A stretch of 12,076 bases of DNA from Candidatus Eiseniibacteriota bacterium (GTDB lineage: Bacteria > Eisenbacteria > RBG-16-71-46 > SZUA-252). The stretch is taken from assembly GCA_031370645.1 (NCBI GenBank), contig JANMQV010000075.1:1-12076 (forward strand), read 5' to 3'. The notes below the pieces were generated by a model. It saw only the letters and a list, made by a program, of their open reading frames with translations. It did not search any database and was not told the origin of the DNA. The stretch's first letter is position 1; every line of letters begins with the position of its first letter. A program made the translations under genes and the position numbers. This document shows, in pieces, positions 1 to 8,567 of the stretch.

Positions 1-2
1 TC

Positions 3-1211
3 GCGCTACTCCTCAACAGCGTCTTCTTCCTCGAGAATACCTACGAGGTCGGAACCGATCTCTTCTCCGTCATGGTAGCGCTCGCGTCGATCGCGCTCCT
101 CCTCCGGAGCAAGAGCCCCGGCTGGAGGGCAATTCTCGCGAGCGGGCTCATCGGCGGCTACGCCTTCTCCACGCGCTATAACGGACTCTTCCTCCTCCCG
201 GGCGCGCTGCTTCTCTTCCTCGTCTTCCGCGTTCCAGCGGGCGCCGCGAAGGAGCGCTTTCGCCGCGCGGCGCTCTGGACGGGCGCGTTCGTCGCGGGTT
301 CGCTTCCCTGGCTCGTGGTGAACGCCATGAAGACGGGGAATCCGCTCACCAACTCGAACTACGTGAACGTCGGGTTCTCGGTCTACGGGGAAGGGAACTG
401 GGAGAAGTTCTTTTACGGCGAGCGAAAGATTCACTCGCTCCCGGACGTCATCCTCCTCGATCCGACGCGCTTCGTCGGTTCGATGTTCCGAAACCTCGGA
501 GATCATCTTGCGCGTGACATGACGGAACTCCAGCCGCTCTTCCTGGGGATTCTCGTCCTCTTGGGCGCGGTCTTGCTGTGGCGAGATCGTGTCGACAAGC
601 GCGTGGCCGCGTACTTCATGTTCGGCGCTCTTTGGTTCCTGACGCTGGTGCCGGTCTTCTACGGGACGCGGTTCTCACTCCCGATTCTCTGCTTCTACGT
701 CGCGCTCGCGGCTTGGCCACTCGTGTCGCCAACCCTCGGGAGGCCGCTCCAGAAGTTGGAACGTACCTTCCCGGTGCGCGCGTTCGCCTTCCTCCTCGTC
801 CTGATTCCCGTCTCGGTCTCGGCCTACACCCAAGTCTTCGATCCTTCCTTCAAGGAATCGGTGTCTGCGGGCCCGCACGACCTGGACGATGCGATCGCAT
901 TCCTTCGAACGGCCCCGCGCGAGAGCGGGGAAGGGCTCCTCGCGAGAAAGCCGCACGCCGCCTTCATCTCGGGCCTGCGGTTCATCCCCATGCCCGAGTT
1001 CGAAACGCCGGAGCAGCTCCACGAGGTAGCGGTGCGGGAGCACGCGCGCTACGTGCTCATCTCGGCGGCGGAGGTTCGCTACCGGTCGGGGGGGATCGCT
1101 CCCTTCGCCGAAGGGAAGGCGCCCATCCCGGGATTCCGCCTCGTCTTCGGGAGCCGGGGCGCGCTCCTCTATCGCGTGGAGCCGCATGCGCCTGCCACCA
1201 CGGCGCCTTGA
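3..1211 (+). CDS. Multi-pass membrane glycosyltransferase of the GT-C fold (ArnT/PMT-like), 5'-partial
   Basis: The frame is open from base 3 (ALLLNSVFFLENTYEVGTDLFSVM...), so the true start lies upstream of the window. It has many hydrophobic TM-like segments, a 'GTD' loop and a 'STRYNG' motif after a TM helix, 'LPWLVVN...GNP', and a soluble C-terminal domain ending '...LLYRV'. This layout is typical of ArnT/PMT-like proteins. The substrate cannot be determined. Confidence 0.6.
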   Translation, partial: ALLLNSVFFLENTYEVGTDLFSVMVALASIALLLRSKSPGWRAILASGLIGGYAFSTRYNGLFLLPGALLLFLVFRVPAGAAKERFRRAALWTGAFVAGSLPWLVVNAMKTGNPLTNSNYVNVGFSVYGEGNWEKFFYGERKIHSLPDVILLDPTRFVGSMFRNLGDHLARDMTELQPLFLGILVLLGAVLLWRDRVDKRVAAYFMFGALWFLTLVPVFYGTRFSLPILCFYVALAAWPLVSPTLGRPLQKLERTFPVRAFAFLLVLIPVSVSAYTQVFDPSFKESVSAGPHDLDDAIAFLRTAPRESGEGLLARKPHAAFISGLRFIPMPEFETPEQLHEVAVREHARYVLISAAEVRYRSGGIAPFAEGKAPIPGFRLVFGSRGALLYRVEPHAPATTAP

Positions 1212-1235
1212 CACCGGAGCACGATCGGCTACTAT
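1208..1235 (+). promoter_or_regulatory. Putative sigma70 promoter for tRNA-Val/thrS
   Basis: Perfect -35 TTGACA (1208-1213), 16-bp spacer, -10 TACTAT (1230-1235). An alternative -10 is TATCTT (1233-1238) with a 19-bp spacer. It lies about 30 nt upstream of the tRNA. Confidence 0.7.
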
Positions 1236-1268
1236 CTTCGTCTGCTCGTTTCCAACGAGCATTCACAC

Positions 1269-1345
1269 GGGCGGTTAGCTCAGTTGGTTAGAGTACCTGC
1301 TTGACATGCAGGGGGTCAGAGGTTCAAGTCCTCTACCGCCCACCA
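1269..1345 (+). tRNA. tRNA-Val (anticodon GAC)
   Basis: Acceptor stem GGGCGGT/ACCGCCC, D arm AGCTCAGTTGGTTAGAGT, anticodon arm CCTGC-TTGACAT-GCAGG with GAC at 1303-1305, T arm AGAGG-TTCAAGT-CCTCT, discriminator A and encoded CCA (1343-1345). Length 77 nt. Confidence 0.97.
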
Positions 1346-1373
1346 CTTCCAGACACGCGAAGGATCCCCGCTC

Positions 1374-3290
<1,917 letters not shown>

Positions 3291-3310
3291 GATCCGCCCC
3301 GTCTAGATCC

Positions 3311-3360
3311 AAGCAGGAGCCGTAGGCTTCTCACCCCGAGACGCAACGTTACCGGGGTTA
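3311..3360 (+). promoter_or_regulatory. L20-leader-like (infC leader) ribosomal-protein autoregulatory RNA
   Basis: AAGCAGGAGCCGTAGGCTTCTCACC resembles the recalled Firmicute L20-leader core (AAGYAGAAGCACCCGCTTCTCACC). Hairpin AGGAGCC/GGCTTCT is followed by a second stem ACCCCG (3333-3338)/CGGGGT (3353-3358) with inner GACG/CGTT. It sits directly upstream of infC-rpmI-rplT. Confidence 0.65.
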
Positions 3361-3501
3361 CCAAACGGAGGCCGCCGTCCACGGACGGCTGGCCGCGGTC
3401 CGACCAGACGCCAGCGCGTCCTGGATTGGGGGCTGCATCTTCCGGAAGCCGAATCCTCCCGCCTCGATCACCGTCCCCGTCTCAAAGAGGAGGGTTTTCC
3501 T

Positions 3502-4104
3502 ATCGCCTCAAAGCAGCAGGAAGTTCGCGTAAACGACCGTATCCGCATTCCTACCGTTCGCGTCATCGGACCCGACGGGGAGCAGGTCGGGATTCTCGGC
3601 ATTCGGGAAGCCCTGGCCTACGCGCAGGAACGCAGCCTCGATCTGGTCGAGGTGTCGCCCACGGCGAAGCCGCCGGTCTGCCGGGTGATGGACTACGGGA
3701 AGTTCAAGTACGAGACGAACAAGAAGCAGCAGAAGGCGAAGAAGAAGCAGCACGCGAGCCAGCTGAAGGAAGTGAAGCTGCGCCCGAAGATCGAAGAGCA
3801 CGACTACAAGTTCAAGGTCAATCACGCCCGGGAATTCCTGGGGCATCACGATAAGGTCAAGTTCACCGTCACGTTCCGTGGTCGCGAAATGGCGCACACG
3901 GATGCGGGACGGCGGCTCCTCGACAAGGCCATCAAGGATCTCGAGGATGTGGGGCAGGTTGAAATTCCGGCCCGGATGGAAGGACGCAACATGGTCCTCC
4001 TGATGGTGCCGCGCGCCACACCCGTGAAAACGAAACCGGCGGCTCCCGTCGCGCCCGCTCCTGCAAAGGGAAGGGTCAGCGCGCCGAAGCCTTCCGCAAA
4101 ATAG
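3502..4104 (+). CDS. infC: Translation initiation factor IF-3, probable ATC start, 200 aa
   Basis: Upstream of the ORF-track GTG (3652) the frame stays open and encodes the IF3 N-domain (RVNDRIRIPTVRVIGPDGEQVGI...LDLVEVSP). A strong SD GAGGAGG (3487-3493) lies 8 nt before an in-frame ATC at 3502. Later motifs include PPVCRVMDYGKFKYE, KEVKLRPKIEEHD and FRGRE. Confidence 0.95.
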   Translation: MASKQQEVRVNDRIRIPTVRVIGPDGEQVGILGIREALAYAQERSLDLVEVSPTAKPPVCRVMDYGKFKYETNKKQQKAKKKQHASQLKEVKLRPKIEEHDYKFKVNHAREFLGHHDKVKFTVTFRGREMAHTDAGRRLLDKAIKDLEDVGQVEIPARMEGRNMVLLMVPRATPVKTKPAAPVAPAPAKGRVSAPKPSAK

Positions 4105-4112
4105 GAGTAGCG

Positions 4113-4322
4113 ATGCCGAAGATGAAAACCAGCCGGGCCACCGCGAAGCGCCTGAAGCGCACCGGGACCGGCAAGCTCAAGCGAGGCCGCTCCGGTGGCC
4201 GCCACCACCTGGGATTGCAGGGTGGAAAGAGCCGCAAGCGCAAGCGCCGGCTGAAGAGCTCGACGCTGGTGAAGCACACCGAGCGCTACCACATGCAGAA
4301 ACTCTTGCCGTACGGCGAGTGA
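4113..4322 (+). CDS. rpmI: 50S ribosomal protein L35
   Basis: MPKMKT...AKR.K.TGTGKLKR...H...KRKRRL; small and basic; lies between infC and rplT. SD AGGAG (4103-4107) overlaps the infC stop. Confidence 0.95.
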   Translation: MPKMKTSRATAKRLKRTGTGKLKRGRSGGRHHLGLQGGKSRKRKRRLKSSTLVKHTERYHMQKLLPYGE

Positions 4323-4359
4323 TCCCTTCCGGATCGCTCCGACATTGAGGACTTAGAAA

Positions 4360-4719
4360 ATGCCACGTACAAAAACCGTCGTTCCGGGACGCAAGCGTCG
4401 CCGGAAGGTGATGAACGCGGTGAAGGGAAACCGCGGCGGCCGTCGCAAGCTCTACCAGACCGCCAAAGAGACCCTCATGCGCGCGATGCAGTTCGCCTAC
4501 GCGGACCGTCGCAAGAAGAAGCGCGATTTCCGGAGCCTCTGGATCGTCCGCATCAACGCGGCCGCTCGTTTGAACGGGCTCTCGTACAACAAATTCATGC
4601 AGGGCCTCAAGGCCGCGAACGTCGAAATCGATCGCAAGATCCTCGCCGATCTCGCCATCCGGGACGCCGCGGCGTTCACGCGACTGGCCGAGGTCGCCAA
4701 GCAGATACACGCCGCGTAA
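4360..4719 (+). CDS. rplT: 50S ribosomal protein L20
   Basis: MPR...RRRK...[48 protein letters not shown] upstream. Confidence 0.98.
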   Translation: MPRTKTVVPGRKRRRKVMNAVKGNRGGRRKLYQTAKETLMRAMQFAYADRRKKKRDFRSLWIVRINAAARLNGLSYNKFMQGLKAANVEIDRKILADLAIRDAAAFTRLAEVAKQIHAA

Positions 4720-4733
4720 CGCTCCACGGCCCC

Positions 4734-5747
4734 GTGATCGAGCGGATCGACGCGCTCCGAGCCGAGGGGGAGCGGGCCTTTGCGGCATCTGGAAATGCCG
4801 CGGACCTGGAATCGGTTCGCGTGCGCTTCTTGGGCCGTAAGAGCGATCTCACCGCGCTTCTCCGTGGACTGAAAGACCTGGAGCCCGCCGCGCGCTCCGC
4901 CGTCGGGGCGCGCGCGAATGAAGCGCGCGTCGCCCTCGAAGCGGCACTCGCGGAAGCGGAAGCGCGCATCGGAGGGGCCGCCGCACCGGGTCCCGCCCGC
5001 GACGTCACGCTCCCCGGCCGCCGTCCCCGCATCGGACACCGGCACCTCATCTCCTCGGTACTGGAAGAGATCGAGACGATCTTCCACGGCCTCGGCTTCT
5101 CCATTGCCGAGGGACCCGATGTCGAGAACGACTGGCACGCCTTCACCGCCCTCAACATGCCGCCCGGACACCCGGCGCGCGCCACCACGGACACCTTCTA
5201 CGTCGCCCCCGACGTCTGCGTGCGTCCTCAGACCTCTTCGGTCCAGGTGCGCGTCATGGAGGCGCAGAAGCCGCCCGTTCGCATCATTTGCCCGGGCCGC
5301 GTCTATCGGAACGAGGCCGTCGATTCGACGCACCATTTCGAGTTCCACCAGGTGGAGGGGCTCTACGTCGATCGCAACGTCAGCCTGGCGGACCTGAAAG
5401 GAATCCTCGATCGGTTCCTGAAAGAGTTTTTCGGCCCCGAGACCGTGATTCGCTTCGCTCCGTCGTACTACCCGTTCGTCGAGCCCGGCGCCTCCGTCGA
5501 CATCCGCTGCTTCTTCTGCGGCGGGAAGGGGTGCAACGTCTGCGGCCCGCTTTCCGGAGGGTGGCTCGAAGTGTTGGGGGCCGGCATGGTCCATCCGAAT
5601 GTTTTCAAAGCGGTCGGCTACGATCCGGAAGAGTGGAGCGGCTACGCCTTCGGTCTCGGGGTGGAGCGCCTCATCATTCTCCGCCACGGCATTCCCGACA
5701 TTCGGATGCTCTACCAAAACGACAGCCGCTTGTTGCGGCAGTTCTAG
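4734..5747 (+). CDS. pheS: Phenylalanine--tRNA ligase alpha subunit
   Basis: N-terminal coiled coil (RVRFLGRKS), DVTLPG, HPAR..DTFY, PGRVYR...D.TH..EFHQVEG, PFVEPG, WLEVLGAGMVHP, GYAFGLGVERL and DIRMLY.ND.R.L.QF. GTG start. Confidence 0.98.
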   Translation: MIERIDALRAEGERAFAASGNAADLESVRVRFLGRKSDLTALLRGLKDLEPAARSAVGARANEARVALEAALAEAEARIGGAAAPGPARDVTLPGRRPRIGHRHLISSVLEEIETIFHGLGFSIAEGPDVENDWHAFTALNMPPGHPARATTDTFYVAPDVCVRPQTSSVQVRVMEAQKPPVRIICPGRVYRNEAVDSTHHFEFHQVEGLYVDRNVSLADLKGILDRFLKEFFGPETVIRFAPSYYPFVEPGASVDIRCFFCGGKGCNVCGPLSGGWLEVLGAGMVHPNVFKAVGYDPEEWSGYAFGLGVERLIILRHGIPDIRMLYQNDSRLLRQF

Positions 5748-5780
5748 GCGCGGCATGAACCACCGCACGGAGTCGATCTC

Positions 5781-8213
5781 GTGAAAGTGACCTGGAGCTG
5801 GCTCGGAGACTGGACGGCGTTGCCGGAGACCCCGGAGACGCTCGCCCACCGGCTTGCCATGCTCGGATTCCCCGTTCAGTCGCTGGTGCGGGGCGTCACG
5901 TTCGACGCGGGGATCGTCGTCGGGGAAGTGTTGGAGGCGAATCCGCATCCAAACGCCGACCGGCTCCGCCTCTGCCGCGTGACGGTCGGGCGCAGTGAGC
6001 CGCTCCAAATCGTCTGCGGCGCGCCAAACGTCGCAGCAGGACAGCGCGTCGCGGTCGCGCAGGTCGGGAGTTCGCTCCCAGACGGCATGAAGCTGAAGCG
6101 CGCGAAGATTCGCGGCGTCGAATCGATGGGGATGATCTGCTCCGAGCGCGAACTCGGGATGAGCCAGGAGTCGGACGGGATCTGGGTGATCCCCGGTTCG
6201 CCTGCGATTGGAACGCCTCTCGCGGCCATCGCCGGCGGAGGAGAGACGGTGCTCGACGTGGAGATCACGTCGAACCGGACCGACTGCGATTCGGTGCGCG
6301 GCATCGCGCGCGAGATCGCCGCCGGTTCCGGTGGAGCCCTTGCGGCTCCGAAGCCGCTCGGCGCGGCCGGAACGGGGACCCTCCCGGAAGTGACGATCGA
6401 GAACCCCGCCGACTGCCCGCGCTACATGGCGCGCGTGGTCCGCGGCGTCACGATCGGCCCGTCGCCCGAGTGGCTCCGGAAGCGGCTCGAAGCGACCGGC
6501 TTCCGTTCGATCAACAACGTCGTCGATGCCACGAACTACGTGCTCCGCGAGTACGGCCAGCCGATCCACGCGTTCGACGCTTCGAAGGTCGGCGGCCACG
6601 CGATTCAGATCCGTCGCGCGCGGAAGGGCGAGCGGCTCGTTCTCCTCGATGGGAAAGAGGTGACGCTCGATCCGCGGATCCTCGTGATCGCCGACGCATC
6701 GCGGCCGATGGCGCTCGCGGGAGTGATGGGCGGCCTCGAAACGGGCGTCACGGCCGCGACACGCGACGTGATTCTCGAGAGCGCCCACTTCGACGCCGCG
6801 CTGACGAAGGCGTCGGCCCAGGCGCTCGGCGTCAACACCGATGCGGCGGCTCGCTTCGGTCAGGGCGTCGATCCGATCGCCGTGGCGATCGCGCTCGACG
6901 CGACGGCACGCCTGCTGGCGGAGATTGCCGGCGGGGAAGTTCTGCGCGACGTGGTCGATCGCTGGCCGGGGAAGCGCGAGCCCGCGACGCTTCGCCTCCG
7001 GCGTGGGCGTGCCGAACGCCTGCTCGGGATGCCGGTCACAGCCGATGCTGCGACGCGTGCGCTCGCTTCGCTCGAAATCGCGGCCGTCACCCCCTGGGCC
7101 CGCGAGGCGAACGACGAGGTCGCCTCGTTCCGCGTGCCTCCGCACCGCTTCGATCTCACGATCGAGGAGGACCTGATCGAGGAGGTGGCGCGCATGCTCT
7201 CCTACGATTCGATCCCCTTGACCGTGCGTTCGGGCCCGCTGCCGACCCTCTCGATTAAGCCCGAGGAAATCGCCGCAAGGCGCATTCGGAACGTGATTTG
7301 CGGCCTTGGCTTCGAGGAGGCTCTCTCGACCGCGCTGGTGGGCTCCATTCCGTCCGAAGTCAGGGAAGGGGTGGCCGATGTGGACATCTGGGAACTCCAG
7401 AATCCGATCAGCCGCGAGTTGAAGCACCTCCGCCCGTCGCTCCTTCCGGCGCTCGTCCGAGCGGCGGGCGAGAATCTCCGGCAGGGGGTGGCAGACGTCC
7501 GGCTCGCGGAAGTGGGCAAAGTCTTTCGCGCCACACCGGCGCCGATCGGGCGCGAATGGCTCGAAGCGATGTTCGTCCTGGCGGGTGTCGCTCCGGCTTG
7601 GGACGCGCCCGGCGCCGACAGCGATCGCTATTTGGAAGCGAAGGGAGCGCTCGAGGCAATTCTCCAGTCATTCGGAATTGACTCGTGGGATACCCGCTCC
7701 TACCATGACTCACGATGGGCCGCCGGAACCGCCGCAGAATTCGTCGGTTCGGACGGCTCTCTTGGGATTGTGGGTGAAGTCGCGCCGAAGCTGGCGCAGC
7801 AGCTCGGGGTCGATCGCCCGGTATGGGCGGCGGCCATCTCCGTAACCGCGCTGGCCAAGGCGGCGACGGTGAACCGGCGCTATCGCGAGATACCGCGCTT
7901 CCCGGCTTCCAAACGGGATTTGGCGGTGGCCATCTCGCGGCACGACGTCACCCACGAAGACCTCCTTCGGGCGATCCGGGAATCGGGCGGTCCGCTCCTC
8001 TCGCAGGCGCGGCTCTTCGATCTCTACCGGATGGGCAAGGGGGAGGAGGCACCGCGCAGCCTCGCATTCGCGCTCGAGTTCAGGGCAGCCGATCGGACCC
8101 TGACCGATGCCGAAGTGGACGGGGCGGTCGCGACGATCGTAACGACGCTGGAACAGCGCTTCGGAGTGACGCTCCGGGGCGGCGGACCGGCGAAAGTGGG
8201 CGCGACGACATGA
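5781..8213 (+). CDS. pheT: Phenylalanine--tRNA ligase beta subunit
   Basis: MKVTWSWL, HPNADRL, IVCGAPNV, RGVESMGMICS..ELG, NRTDC.S.RGIARE, INNVVDATNYV..E.GQP.HAFD, DLIEEVAR, NPIS...LRPSLLP, and a C-terminal FDX-ACB domain (RDLA...SLAF...RTLTD.EV). SD GGAG at 5769-5772. Confidence 0.98.
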   Translation: MKVTWSWLGDWTALPETPETLAHRLAMLGFPVQSLVRGVTFDAGIVVGEVLEANPHPNADRLRLCRVTVGRSEPLQIVCGAPNVAAGQRVAVAQVGSSLPDGMKLKRAKIRGVESMGMICSERELGMSQESDGIWVIPGSPAIGTPLAAIAGGGETVLDVEITSNRTDCDSVRGIAREIAAGSGGALAAPKPLGAAGTGTLPEVTIENPADCPRYMARVVRGVTIGPSPEWLRKRLEATGFRSINNVVDATNYVLREYGQPIHAFDASKVGGHAIQIRRARKGERLVLLDGKEVTLDPRILVIADASRPMALAGVMGGLETGVTAATRDVILESAHFDAALTKASAQALGVNTDAAARFGQGVDPIAVAIALDATARLLAEIAGGEVLRDVVDRWPGKREPATLRLRRGRAERLLGMPVTADAATRALASLEIAAVTPWAREANDEVASFRVPPHRFDLTIEEDLIEEVARMLSYDSIPLTVRSGPLPTLSIKPEEIAARRIRNVICGLGFEEALSTALVGSIPSEVREGVADVDIWELQNPISRELKHLRPSLLPALVRAAGENLRQGVADVRLAEVGKVFRATPAPIGREWLEAMFVLAGVAPAWDAPGADSDRYLEAKGALEAILQSFGIDSWDTRSYHDSRWAAGTAAEFVGSDGSLGIVGEVAPKLAQQLGVDRPVWAAAISVTALAKAATVNRRYREIPRFPASKRDLAVAISRHDVTHEDLLRAIRESGGPLLSQARLFDLYRMGKGEEAPRSLAFALEFRAADRTLTDAEVDGAVATIVTTLEQRFGVTLRGGGPAKVGATT
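7678..7706 (+). promoter_or_regulatory. Putative pheT-internal sigma70 promoter for zapB/zapA and downstream genes
   Basis: TTGACT (7678-7683), exactly 17 bp, then TACCAT (7701-7706), inside a locally AT-richer patch of pheT about 500 nt upstream of the ZapB-like start. Confidence 0.5.
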
Positions 8214-8500
8214 TGGAAGAACTGAACCGGCTAGACGAGCGCGTGCGCGCCGTCGCCGAGCTGCTCCGAACCCTCCGCGAGGAGAAGAAGCGGCTCGAGT
8301 CGGAAAAGGAAGAACTCCAACTCCGCGTTCGGAAGTTGGAAACGGTCGCCGCGAAGGCGTCGGCCGACGATGCGAAACCCCGCCTGCAGGCGTTAGAGGC
8401 GGAGCGGGCGACCCTTCTCGACGAGCGCCGCGTCATGGTGCGCCGTGTGGAGGATATGCTCGCGAAACTGGACGTATTGGAAAAGGCCGTCCAGGTCTAA
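8210..8500 (+). CDS. ZapB-like coiled-coil cell-division protein, 96 aa
   Basis: ATGATG at 8210-8215 overlaps the pheT TGA (8211-8213). The product MMEELNRLDERVRAVAELLRTLREEKKRLE...RRVEDMLAKLD is an all-heptad coiled coil like ZapB (L..LE.KV...I..L...W..RL..LL.KL). It lies between pheT and zapA. The ORF-track extension to 7823 is a shadow of pheT. Confidence 0.75.
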   Translation: MMEELNRLDERVRAVAELLRTLREEKKRLESEKEELQLRVRKLETVAAKASADDAKPRLQALEAERATLLDERRVMVRRVEDMLAKLDVLEKAVQV

Positions 8501-8567
8501 CGCCGCGCGGTGCCGATCGGATCACCCGATCGCGTGCCGCCGCCGGACGAATGAAACGAGGATCGCG

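Noticed and set aside
1300..1345. tRNA 3' end as a possible integration (att) site
   Set aside because: There is no duplicate of the tRNA 3' end, no integrase and no foreign DNA in the window. thrS follows immediately.
3481..3513. Direct repeat CTCAAAG (3481-3487 and 3507-3513) flanking the infC SD and start
   Set aside because: Only 7 bp and two copies, which is not distinguishable from chance without comparative data.
3426..3854. 142-aa ORF overlapping the infC 5' region, suggesting a frameshifted infC
   Set aside because: The IF3 N-domain is continuous in the infC frame from 3502, so no frameshift is needed.
4321..4335. GATCC-cttcc-GGATC hairpin after rpmI
   Set aside because: A 5-bp stem with no U-tract is too weak to call a terminator or regulatory element.
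5755..5784. Mini-ORF MNHRTESIS whose TGA overlaps the pheT GTG start
   Set aside because: It has no SD and no Phe codons. Any GTGA start creates such a stop, so a chance upstream ATG is enough to explain it.
4497..7427. 976-aa antisense ORF across rplT-pheS-pheT
   Set aside because: It is codon-aligned with pheS and pheT, which share a frame. Antisense stops need sense TTA, CTA or TCA codons, which are rare in this GC-rich codon usage. It has no recognisable motifs, so it is a shadow ORF.
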